45,849 bases of DNA from positions 1 through 45,849 of the forward strand of contig JBDSRX010000051.1 of the NCBI GenBank assembly GCA_039929105.1. The letters are read 5' to 3'. Below, piece by piece: positions 26,909 through 35,820 of the stretch. Every line of letters begins with the position of its first letter. Within the stretch, counting starts at the first letter, position 1. The DNA comes from Candidatus Dojkabacteria bacterium. GTDB taxonomy: Bacteria; Patescibacteriota; Dojkabacteria; J137. Both the position numbers and the translations under genes were made by a program. A model generated the notes under the pieces. It saw nothing but the letters and a program-made list of their open reading frames with translations, was not told the DNA's origin and ran no database searches.

Positions 26909-27691
26909 TTGAAAAACATTGAACCAGTATTAAAATTCTTATCCCAACTAGGATTAGATTTCTTCGAATCAAAAGTATTTATTATGCTTTTAGAAGATGG
27001 TTCTAAAACAATTTTGGAAATTGCTAAAGAAAGTAAATTTAATCGAACAGGAGTTTATAGAATTGTAGAAAGGCTAAAAGAAATGGGAATTGTACAAGAA
27101 ATTCAAAAAGATAATAAAAGATTAATGACAGCAGCTCCCTTAAATCAACTTGAGTTAATTGTTAAAGAACAAGAGACAAAAGCAGAAACATTAAGAAAGA
27201 TGCTACCAGAAATCTCAGCTTTAATTTCTCCAGATGCAACATCTGCAATACCTGGAGTTAAAGTTCAATTCTACAAAGGACACGCGGGTGTACAAAGATT
27301 ATTAGAAAATGTTCTAACAACAACATCCGAAATAGTTTCTTACACTGCAAACGATCTTGCAGAATTTACAGACTTAGACTTTGTAGAAACATGGAGAAAA
27401 GAAATTATGAACAGAAGATTGTTTATGCGAGAAATAGTTGGAGACTACTTTCTTAAATTAAGAAGTATAGATGATGTAAAAATTTCCAATATTGCGGCAA
27501 ACTTTAAAACGAAATATGTGGATGATAGTGTTTTAAAAATTCATTTACACACAATAGTTTATGGCAGCTTTGTAGCAATAATTTACATCCATGATGCCGA
27601 ACCATTTGCTGCAGAAATCCATAATGATCAATTTTCTAGGAACCAAAAGCAACTATTTGAACTAGCTTGGAATGCGGCTCAAGAAGTTTAA
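26909..27691 (+). CDS. TrmB-family wHTH transcriptional regulator (paralog 3, TTG start)
   Basis: LGLDFFESKVFIMLL..G..TILEIAKESKFNRTGVYRIVERL..MGIV; VQFYKG. Confidence 0.88.
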   Translation: MKNIEPVLKFLSQLGLDFFESKVFIMLLEDGSKTILEIAKESKFNRTGVYRIVERLKEMGIVQEIQKDNKRLMTAAPLNQLELIVKEQETKAETLRKMLPEISALISPDATSAIPGVKVQFYKGHAGVQRLLENVLTTTSEIVSYTANDLAEFTDLDFVETWRKEIMNRRLFMREIVGDYFLKLRSIDDVKISNIAANFKTKYVDDSVLKIHLHTIVYGSFVAIIYIHDAEPFAAEIHNDQFSRNQKQLFELAWNAAQEV

Positions 27692-28273
27692 CTAAAAATC
27701 GTCAATATAATTTAAAAAATCCACAGTGTAAGCCACATCCAAAGTGTATCCATATATTAGTCTGCCATCGATACACTCGATCCATCCTAATCTTGGATAA
27801 ATTCTAATCCCTTTGCCTAGCGTACCTGGATAGTATAATTCGGATGGATCCTTAGAAACATACCCTATAAATTTTGTTTGAATTAGTTTATGCCCACTTA
27901 AGAAGTCCAAAGGAACCTTTTCTAAAGATGCAAAAGCTACTCCTAGATTAGCAAAGAATTCATCCCATGCCCTAGGTGGAAAATCTTTATTTTTTATCAG
28001 ATCTCTTGCTAGTTCTTCACAAGCACTTAAAATCTCAAGAATTCTACCTTCCGAATTATCAAACATTGTTATTTCTAAATCATTCCTAATTTCTCCAAAA
28101 TCTAGAGATTGTTTGTAACAACTTAAAGCCAGTGAAACAAGATAAGAAAACATTCTTAAATCTAATTTCCTTTCAACTTCATGAATACATAAATATAAAT
28201 CCACCGGAATGTTTACAGGAAATATTTCATTTCCATCATTGCTATCCTCATCGTTATTATCTTTTACTTCCAT
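27692..28273 (-). CDS. Hypothetical protein
   Basis: 193-aa ORF abutting the TrmB stop. Confidence 0.6.
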   Translation of the reverse strand: MEVKDNNDEDSNDGNEIFPVNIPVDLYLCIHEVERKLDLRMFSYLVSLALSCYKQSLDFGEIRNDLEITMFDNSEGRILEILSACEELARDLIKNKDFPPRAWDEFFANLGVAFASLEKVPLDFLSGHKLIQTKFIGYVSKDPSELYYPGTLGKGIRIYPRLGWIECIDGRLIYGYTLDVAYTVDFLNYIDDF

Positions 28274-28327
28274 TCATATTCTATAACAAGTCCAGAGTTA
28301 TAGAATATTTTGAGTAGTTCGTCAATA

Positions 28328-29419
28328 CTATAGATAATTTTCTTTCCCTTGTTCTTCCAACTTATCTAAAATCTTCTTAACATCACCAGCTCTTTCATCA
28401 GATACAATTAGAATTGCATCGCCAGTATCTATAACATTAATTCCAGAAACTCCAACTGCAGCAATAATTTTTTTATCTCCAAAGTTGTAAATCAAACAGT
28501 TGTCTGTATCTAATTCAATCACATTACCCTTCTCGATATTTTTTAAATTGGTTCCAGATTTCAAGGCATTCTTTAAGTCTGCCCAAGTGGAAATATAATG
28601 CCAATCGTATTCACTAGAAATAACTTTAATATCATCTCCAGATAACTTTTCCCATAAAGCATAATCAATTGAGATTTTTGGTATTTTCTTAAATTCTTTC
28701 TTTGTAACTTCCCACTCATTCTTCTTTCCAAAAGATTCCATAATTTCTTCTATAGGTAAATAGATCTCAGGTGAATGTTCTTTAAGTTTAGAAAGTATAT
28801 ATTTAGGAGTTGTAATATAACAACCGGGATTCCATAAATATTTTCCAGAATTATGATATTTCTCAGCCAGTTCTTTATTTGGTTTTTCAGCAAAACCACT
28901 AAATCCATAAACTACGTTACCGTTGTTCAGCTTAGTTACTAATCCACCCAATTTTATATGACCAACTGTAGTGTTTGGATATCGTGAAGGAACTCCAAGA
29001 TAAACTAAATTAGCTTCTCCATTTTCAAATAATTCTTCAGCATCCCTCAGTGCTTTTGCAAATTTCTTTGGTGCTTTAATTAAACTGTTCTGCCATCGTA
29101 TTAATACTGGTTCATTTGGAAACTTTTCTGATATCTTTGCCATTGCATAAGCAACTGCAGCAGTAGTGTCTCTAGATTCTGGTTCAATAATAATATTTTC
29201 ATTAGGAAAGTTGGGAATTACATCTTTAATTTGCCCTGCATACATTTCTCCAGTAGATATATAGATGTCTTCTGTTTTAAATTTTAAACTAATAGTTTCG
29301 AAAGAATTTTCTAAAGATGTTTGATCTCCAAAAAGTTTTTGAAATTGCTTTGGAGTATCTTTTCTAGATAATGGCCAAAGTCTTTTCCCATAACCACCTG
29401 CAAATATTATTACTTTCAT
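28328..29419 (-). CDS. manC: Mannose-1-phosphate guanylyltransferase (no PMI domain)
   Basis: FAGGYGKRLWPLSR..PKQF, EP..RDT, F.EKP, WN.G, SIDYA, C-terminal beta-helix. Confidence 0.9.
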   Translation of the reverse strand: MKVIIFAGGYGKRLWPLSRKDTPKQFQKLFGDQTSLENSFETISLKFKTEDIYISTGEMYAGQIKDVIPNFPNENIIIEPESRDTTAAVAYAMAKISEKFPNEPVLIRWQNSLIKAPKKFAKALRDAEELFENGEANLVYLGVPSRYPNTTVGHIKLGGLVTKLNNGNVVYGFSGFAEKPNKELAEKYHNSGKYLWNPGCYITTPKYILSKLKEHSPEIYLPIEEIMESFGKKNEWEVTKKEFKKIPKISIDYALWEKLSGDDIKVISSEYDWHYISTWADLKNALKSGTNLKNIEKGNVIELDTDNCLIYNFGDKKIIAAVGVSGINVIDTGDAILIVSDERAGDVKKILDKLEEQGKENYL

Positions 29420-29436
29420 AAGATTGTATTAATAGT

Positions 29437-30870
29437 TTAATCTCTAATCATTTCGTTTTTAATATTTATAACATCTTCCTCTTCAGTTTCCGATTTAATT
29501 TGTATAGAAGAAACAAGCCCCATTCCTAAAAAGATTGTTAGTACTGCACTTCCTCCATAACTTATAAATGGAAGTGGAACTCCAGTAATAGGTAAAATCC
29601 CCATATTCATACCAATATGCTGAAAAGTGTTTAAACATATCATCACTGAAATTCCACTGCAAATTAACATACCAAATTGGCTCCGAGTACTTCTTGCAAT
29701 TGATAGAATTTTAAAGATTAAAAAGAAATATAGGCAAAATAGAAATACATTCCCCAAGAAACCGAATTGTTCTGCAAAAGAAGCAAATGCAAAGTCTGTA
29801 AATGCAAAAGGAAGCAGACCTAGGTTAGTTACATTACCATTTAGAAAACCTCTTCCAACTATTCCTCCACTACCAACTGCAAGAATAGCTTGCTCCTTAT
29901 TATAGTTATCTCCTAATGCCTCGTTAGAATCTGGAGTTACAAAATTTTCTATTCTACTCCTTTGGTAAGGTTGAAGGGCATTATTATAAATAAAACCTAA
30001 TACTAAACTGCTTGGTAAAATTATTACAACAATTAGAATTGTAGCAAGTGGTTTTAGAGTAAATTTTCTAATCAGAAAAATAATTATTACAACACTTAAG
30101 ATCCATAAAAAAATATCGAAAGGAACTTGATTCAAATTCAGTGATTCTTGCAAATTCGAAAATCCTACAAAATGAAAACTTAAATTAAAAACTATTCCAG
30201 CAATAATTAAGTAAATTAATGTCTTAAAAGAAATATCTACAGAGAAGTAAACCAAAGATAAAAATATTAAGACTGTAATAACAGAGTTTCCTAATGACTT
30301 TTGTAAAATAATTAAGAGAACTATAGAAATTAATGCCAAAACACTAAAGGCAACCTTAACAAATTGTTTATCTGCAATTATTAGACCTAGCTTTTCACCG
30401 AACTTTTTACCTTTAATTTTATAAATATTTTTAATTCTTTCAAACCTTTTTATATTTCCCTTAGTAAAACAAAAAGCTGTAATTAAAATAATACTTACTT
30501 TAGAAAACTCTGAGGGCTGGATAGTAAAAGGTCCAACTACAATCCATCTCTTAGCCTCAAAAGCATAATCACCAATTAATAAAACAGCAATTAGTAAACC
30601 AATAGTCGTAAAAAATACTCCAAAAGCCACATATCTATTTTTAAGTTTTGAATAATCGAAAGTGGAAAATACAAAAAAAAGAATAAAACCAACCCCATAG
30701 AATAGAAGCTGGTTAAAGAAAAACTTAGATGCTTCTTTCTCTGGAAAATAAGTAGTGGAGAAAACATTAATCGCTCCAATAATACATAACAAAACAATTG
30801 TTACTAACAACGAACTATCAATTTTCTTTAAATTTCCAAATTCAAACATACGATTTATTAAAGTAGACAA
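29437..30870 (-). CDS. rodA: SEDS-family peptidoglycan polymerase RodA/FtsW
   Basis: AKRW, IQPSEFSK, PYQ..RI, GSGG..GRG, TDFAF...EQFGF, PITGVPLPFISYGGS. Confidence 0.9.
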   Translation of the reverse strand: MSTLINRMFEFGNLKKIDSSLLVTIVLLCIIGAINVFSTTYFPEKEASKFFFNQLLFYGVGFILFFVFSTFDYSKLKNRYVAFGVFFTTIGLLIAVLLIGDYAFEAKRWIVVGPFTIQPSEFSKVSIILITAFCFTKGNIKRFERIKNIYKIKGKKFGEKLGLIIADKQFVKVAFSVLALISIVLLIILQKSLGNSVITVLIFLSLVYFSVDISFKTLIYLIIAGIVFNLSFHFVGFSNLQESLNLNQVPFDIFLWILSVVIIIFLIRKFTLKPLATILIVVIILPSSLVLGFIYNNALQPYQRSRIENFVTPDSNEALGDNYNKEQAILAVGSGGIVGRGFLNGNVTNLGLLPFAFTDFAFASFAEQFGFLGNVFLFCLYFFLIFKILSIARSTRSQFGMLICSGISVMICLNTFQHIGMNMGILPITGVPLPFISYGGSAVLTIFLGMGLVSSIQIKSETEEEDVINIKNEMIRD

Positions 30871-30885
30871 ATATTAACATTTTTA

Positions 30886-30974
30886 AATAGTTGCTGGTTG
30901 CGTGTTACTAGTTGCTGGGTTGGAATAAATTAGCTATTCAACGAGGAACCAGAAACTTGTAACTAGTAACCAAT
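30886..30974. repeat. Inverted pair of heptamer arrays (5 + 5 units) in a divergent promoter region
   Basis: AATAGTT GCTGGTT GCGTGTT ACTAGTT GCTGGGTT / spacer / AACGAGG AACCAGA AACTTGT AACTAGT AACCAAT. Confidence 0.85.
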
Positions 30975-31006
30975 ATGATAGACTTAAACTTGAATTAATT
31001 TCCACT

Positions 31007-31957
31007 ATGTCAGAACTATATCTAGCTCAGCTAAGTAAAACAACTCTTGATTGGAAAAAACATGCCTACCGACCAAAATCTTCAGATTGGCCAGACGGAA
31101 TCTATTTAGAAGATAATGTAGTAAAAGAACTTAAATATTTAGAAGACTACACAAAAGAAAAGGCTTTCGGTATTGGAGGAGTTAGAAATGGTTCAACTGG
31201 ATGGGAGTATTCTGAAACTGCAGTTTATCTAGGTGGACAGTTATTCTTCAGTAAACCCAAAGCAGGAGATTATAATAGCGTTGTTCCAGAACTTAGAATC
31301 TCTAAACCTGTTTTAAAACCAAGTGGAGATAAAATAGATATCAAATTTAATATTGGAGAGAAATCAGTATCAGCCCAAATTAAAAGAAATGTATTGGAAG
31401 TTGATAATTCTTTTGGTCCAACTTTTGTAGTACATACTCACCCTAAATCAAGAGTTACAGAAAGTAGAGAAATCTACACATTCTTTTCTACAGCAGATTT
31501 AAAGTTTCTACATAAAAGTCCAATCTATATGCTTGGAATGATTAGTAAAAACACTTTATGGTTAGTTTGCGAAACAAATGAATTCAACTCAATTAATTCA
31601 GAATTATTACATGGAGCAACACTTGCCGAATTTGAAGGTGGTGATGAAGCAATAAAAAAATATATTGCAGAAAATCTAGCATCAACAGGATTAGTTTTTT
31701 ACCATGGGACATTTGGCAGTAAACTTCGAAGAATATCTTACGAAAAGTACCAATATTCTAAATCTCTAGATAAAAATCCAGAAACTAAGGTTTTTGCAGA
31801 AAATTCTAAGAATTTAGGTAGCCAAGATCCTCAATTAGGCCAATTAAAGACAGTTAAGGCTAAAAAAGAGCAGATGCAATTCATTTTCTTAGGAGTTGTA
31901 TTCACTCTAATCATTATTAGCTTAATTATCCTCTTAAAGATAATTGGGATAATATAA
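31007..31957 (+). CDS. Tail-anchored protein with JAB/MPN-like metal motif
   Basis: WE ... VVHTHP ... FFSTAD; single C-terminal TM helix. Confidence 0.6.
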   Translation: MSELYLAQLSKTTLDWKKHAYRPKSSDWPDGIYLEDNVVKELKYLEDYTKEKAFGIGGVRNGSTGWEYSETAVYLGGQLFFSKPKAGDYNSVVPELRISKPVLKPSGDKIDIKFNIGEKSVSAQIKRNVLEVDNSFGPTFVVHTHPKSRVTESREIYTFFSTADLKFLHKSPIYMLGMISKNTLWLVCETNEFNSINSELLHGATLAEFEGGDEAIKKYIAENLASTGLVFYHGTFGSKLRRISYEKYQYSKSLDKNPETKVFAENSKNLGSQDPQLGQLKTVKAKKEQMQFIFLGVVFTLIIISLIILLKIIGII

Positions 31958-32014
31958 CTCGCTGGAAGTCTGTTCTATATGTTAAAATAATACTGATATT
32001 TAATTTTATTCAGT

Positions 32015-33820
32015 ATGAATATAGAAAAAAGAGCTGAAAATGTAGAAGGAGACGATGAGAATCACTCAAAGCCAAAGTTCACCCCAACATTAGAAGCAAA
32101 AACAAGAAAACCTTTTGTAAAAAAGGACTTTCCTAGAACTAAGGAAGAATCTGACATAGTTCCCTCAACCAATTTGAGGATTATTCCACTTGGTGGAGTA
32201 GAAGAGATTGGAATAAACTGTACAGTTTACGAATCCGGAGAAGAAATGATAGTTGTAGACATGGGATTGGCTTTCTCAGAGTTCGATTACTATGGAATTG
32301 ATCACGTTGTGCCAGATATAGCTTATGTTCAAAATAAAATAAAGAACCTTAAGGCAATCTTTATAACACACGGACATTTAGACCATATTGGTGCTTTACC
32401 ATATCACTTAAAGACTTTAAATTATCCAGAGCTATATGGAACACACTTTACAATCGAGCTTATTAAAGCAAAATTTGAAGATGACCATTTATTAGCAGCA
32501 ATGGAAGGAAAACTTCATGTTATAGACGAAAACAGTAATGTTAAGTTTAATAATTTTGATATTTCTTTCTTTAGAGTTAACCACTCAATTCCACAAGCAG
32601 TTGGATTATGTATTAAAACTCCTGGAGGAACAGTTGTTCAAACTGGAGACTTTAAATTCGACAACTCACCAATTAACGAACCAGTTGCAGATTATTCTAG
32701 ATTAGCAAAAATTGGAGATGCTGGAGTAGACATTCTTTTATCCGACTCTACAAACTCACTTAAGAAAGGACATCCAATCTCTGAGAGTGACGTAGCAAAA
32801 GGATTAGAAGAAATGGTAGAAAAAGCAAAAGGTAGAGTAATAGTTGCAACATTTGCTGGTTTAGTTGGAAGACTTTATCAACTTATTGAGATCGCGCAAA
32901 GACATAACAAGAAAGTTGCAATTGCCGGTTTTTCTATGAGACAAACTATTAGAATTGCTCAAGAGATTGGTTATATAAAAATACCTCAGAATTTAGTTGT
33001 ACCAATTCAGAATATTGATAAGATTTCTCCAGACAAAATTATGATCCTTACAACAGGAGCACAAGGAGAAACTGATGCAGCATTAACAAAAATGGCAACT
33101 GCAGATTACAAAGGAGTAAAGATTCAAGGTGGAGATACTGTAATAATTTCTTCTAGAACTATTGCTGGTAACGACAGAGCAGTTCAAAATCTAGTTGACG
33201 CTATTATGTCTAAAAATGCATTTGTAAAACAATCTGAAGATTTAGACTTATATACATCTGGACACGGTTATCAAGAAGATCAAAAAATTATGTTGAACTT
33301 AGTAAAGCCAAAATTCTTTATGCCAGTTCACGGATATCAATATTTCTTAAGAGCTCACGGAGAGACAGCAAGATCTGTTGGAATTGAAGAAAGAAATGTT
33401 TTAATTACAAAAAGAGGAAGTGTAATAGAAGGAAACACAGCAAAAGGATTTAGAGAAATTAAAAAGTTCGCATGTGAACCATTATTAGTTTCTGGTTCTG
33501 GAGTTGGAGATGTTGGAACAGCAGTTCTAAAAGAGAGAGAGCAATTAGCAAACTATGGAGTTGTATTTATAGATCTATTGGTAAATAAAAATAGAGAACT
33601 TATTAGAGATCCATTAGTTATTTCTAGAGGATTTGTTTATGTTAAAAACTCTCAAGAACTAATCAAAGAGGTATCGGATTTGGTAGTAGCAACTTATGCT
33701 CAGTATCAAAATGAGGAAGTACAAGTTGTTAAAGATGAGATTTCGATAAAAGTATCCGATCTTCTTTTCAAAGAAACAGAAAGAGAACCAATGATTATGA
33801 CTGTAGTAAACTTTGTTTAA
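32015..33820 (+). CDS. rnj: Ribonuclease J
   Basis: PLGG.EEIG.N, THGHLDHIG, VNHSIP, TGDFKFD, SDSTN, TG.QGE, SGH, PVHG. Confidence 0.97.
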   Translation: MNIEKRAENVEGDDENHSKPKFTPTLEAKTRKPFVKKDFPRTKEESDIVPSTNLRIIPLGGVEEIGINCTVYESGEEMIVVDMGLAFSEFDYYGIDHVVPDIAYVQNKIKNLKAIFITHGHLDHIGALPYHLKTLNYPELYGTHFTIELIKAKFEDDHLLAAMEGKLHVIDENSNVKFNNFDISFFRVNHSIPQAVGLCIKTPGGTVVQTGDFKFDNSPINEPVADYSRLAKIGDAGVDILLSDSTNSLKKGHPISESDVAKGLEEMVEKAKGRVIVATFAGLVGRLYQLIEIAQRHNKKVAIAGFSMRQTIRIAQEIGYIKIPQNLVVPIQNIDKISPDKIMILTTGAQGETDAALTKMATADYKGVKIQGGDTVIISSRTIAGNDRAVQNLVDAIMSKNAFVKQSEDLDLYTSGHGYQEDQKIMLNLVKPKFFMPVHGYQYFLRAHGETARSVGIEERNVLITKRGSVIEGNTAKGFREIKKFACEPLLVSGSGVGDVGTAVLKEREQLANYGVVFIDLLVNKNRELIRDPLVISRGFVYVKNSQELIKEVSDLVVATYAQYQNEEVQVVKDEISIKVSDLLFKETEREPMIMTVVNFV

Positions 33821-33852
33821 TAAAGGCTTACATTAGGTTTAAACTCAAAATT

Positions 33853-33883
33853 AGAAGAGGCTGTGTTACAGCCTCTTTCTTAT
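33853..33883 (+). terminator. Intrinsic terminator after rnj
   Basis: AGAGGCTGT-GTT-ACAGCCTCT followed by T-rich tail. Confidence 0.8.
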
Positions 33884-33891
33884 TCTTGTGA

Positions 33892-33995
33892 TGTCATCGA
33901 GGATAGCCTGTCCTGAGCGTTGTCGAAGGATAGTAATCCCATAATCCATTTAATGAGATTGCGACGTCCTCATTTCATTCGTCCTCGCAATGACA
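33892..33995. repeat. Composite REP-like element with a nested CCTGAGCGTTGTCGAAGG unit
   Basis: TGTCAT...ATGACA ends; right arm GAGATTGCGACGTC..CCTCGCAATGAC complementary to the 14886 and 34405 left arms. Confidence 0.8.
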
Positions 33996-34075
33996 ACATG
34001 GGTGTGGCACGACCTCGATCAAATGCCGAATTCACCCGTAATGTCAAAATTATGCAAGCTTGTCAGTTATAATAT

Positions 34076-34102
34076 AAAAAAATCCAAAGAAGCTTTGGAT
34101 TT
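34076..34102 (-). terminator. Intrinsic terminator for the minus-strand gene run
   Basis: AAATCCAAAG-AAG-CTTTGGATTT with a minus-strand T tract. Confidence 0.75.
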
Positions 34103-34132
34103 CGAATTTCGTCATTTGATATTCATTTTGTA

Positions 34133-34378
34133 TTAACTTCTTGTCTGAAGGTATTTCAAACCTAGATAAATAGGAATTGTTAGAAGAGCACCAAGAATTA
34201 ATGAGTTTATAATTCTATATAAGAAATTTGCAATTCCTTCAACTCCATTTAAAACAATTGGAAAGCCATAAGCAAAACTTCCTTTTACTCCTTCAATTAG
34301 AATAAAATTAATTAAAACTCCAGCAATAACTCCTATTACTAATGAGAATATCAAATATTGTTTTACTGCTGGATCCAT
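34133..34378 (-). CDS. Small two-TM membrane protein
   Basis: 81-aa ORF with two hydrophobic helices. Confidence 0.7.
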   Translation of the reverse strand: MDPAVKQYLIFSLVIGVIAGVLINFILIEGVKGSFAYGFPIVLNGVEGIANFLYRIINSLILGALLTIPIYLGLKYLQTRS

Positions 34379-34404
34379 ATATTTTATTTTAATATATAAT
34401 CGTG

Positions 34405-34490
34405 GTCATTGCGAGGAGGAACGTAGTGACGACGTGGCAATCTCAAACATTTAAACTTTATGAGATTGCTTCGCTTTGCTCGCAATGACA
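34405..34490. repeat. Complete REP-like palindrome (GTCATTGCGAG...GCAATCTC-N17-GAGATTGC...CTCGCAATGAC)
   Basis: 11-bp perfect terminal inverted repeat plus inner GCAATCTC/GAGATTGC. Confidence 0.9.
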
Positions 34491-35801
34491 TCACAAAAGT
34501 TTCTTCACTTCTTTTAATGTCTCTTCTACAGTTTTATCCCAATCGTATTTTTTTGCAATCTCTTGTGCTTTTCTTAAGTGATTAGCAAGTTTCGTTTTAC
34601 TCTTTAATAATTCTTGAATATCTTTTGCTACTTCTTTTGCAGATTCTAAATCCTTGCATCTTTCTAAATCAACTAAATAAGCGCCACCATCTGTTATTTC
34701 TGGAGTACAAGAAGAGTTGGCAGCTATTGCAGGGATTCTTGCAGCCATAGCTTGTAATGGTCCAAAACTAAACCCTTCGTAACTAGATAAATTTATATAA
34801 GCTTTAGATTCAATTAATAATTCTACCAAATGATTATCTGTTACTTTATCTGTAGTTACTAAATTATCAATTAGTCCTAACTTTTTAACATTTCTTAAAA
34901 ACATGTCTCCTAGGATAGATCTTGCTCGAATATCCTTTCCAGAACCTTTATGAAAGTCTCCTCCAGTTACAACAAGAGTATTAGGTAGTTTAGGATCATT
35001 TAGATCTAATATGCCTTTAAATACATTTAATAATTCCGGTGTAGATTTATTTGCTTCAAATCCACTATCGTAAAAGAAATATTTTCTATCATTTAGATGA
35101 TAAGCTTCTAAAGTAGCGTCAATTAAATCTTTATTAAATACTTTTCTCCCATCAAAGAAATCTTGGTCAATTCCCAAATAAATTACTCTTATTTTATCTT
35201 CGTCAATTTTTCCATAAGTTACTAAGTCACCTTTAGAGAAATTAGAATTAGTTAAAACTAAATCTGCATTCTTAACTCCACTCCACATAAATTTAAAAAA
35301 CTGGCCTTTCAATTGATTTTGTAAATATCCTTTTTGAGAGTATTTATTTAAGACTAATGGAATAGCATCGTGTGCCATAACAACGGTTTTGGGTTTGTGT
35401 ATTAATGGTCTATTTAAAAATCTAGTTGTAGGTAATCCTCTTTCAAAATGAGATGCGAAATAAATATCTGGTTTAACCTTTTCTATAATTGGAATAAATA
35501 ATTGTCTCCAACTTACTAAATTACTTAAAGAAGAGTTAAATGCTTCTCCTAAAGTATAGAAGTTAACTTTGTTACCAATCTCTTCAATTTGAAATTGAGT
35601 AAAACCTAATGCAATTAAATTTTGGTGAAGATTTAAAAACCCAAATAAATTAACTTCCATTGATCCGATATCAAGAAGTTCTGAGATTATTCTTTTAACT
35701 ACATTTTTTCCATAAACACCAATACCTCTTTTAGAGTATTGGTCGAATAGGAAAGTAACATCTATTAAAATTGATTTAGATTGTGTGTGTGAATTATCCA
35801 T
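34491..35801 (-). CDS. GT4 (GT-B) glycosyltransferase
   Basis: RGIGVY, HDAIPL, TNSNFSK.D, VIYLGID, S.YEGFSFGPLQAMA. Confidence 0.9.
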   Translation of the reverse strand: MDNSHTQSKSILIDVTFLFDQYSKRGIGVYGKNVVKRIISELLDIGSMEVNLFGFLNLHQNLIALGFTQFQIEEIGNKVNFYTLGEAFNSSLSNLVSWRQLFIPIIEKVKPDIYFASHFERGLPTTRFLNRPLIHKPKTVVMAHDAIPLVLNKYSQKGYLQNQLKGQFFKFMWSGVKNADLVLTNSNFSKGDLVTYGKIDEDKIRVIYLGIDQDFFDGRKVFNKDLIDATLEAYHLNDRKYFFYDSGFEANKSTPELLNVFKGILDLNDPKLPNTLVVTGGDFHKGSGKDIRARSILGDMFLRNVKKLGLIDNLVTTDKVTDNHLVELLIESKAYINLSSYEGFSFGPLQAMAARIPAIAANSSCTPEITDGGAYLVDLERCKDLESAKEVAKDIQELLKSKTKLANHLRKAQEIAKKYDWDKTVEETLKEVKKLL

Positions 35802-35820
35802 ATGATTCGATTATATCAGA

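Noticed and set aside
33892-34490. Possible CRISPR or attC array from repeated palindromes around a small ORF
   Set aside because: Repeats are dispersed and inverted, with no regular spacers, cas or intI genes, or GTTRRRY cores.
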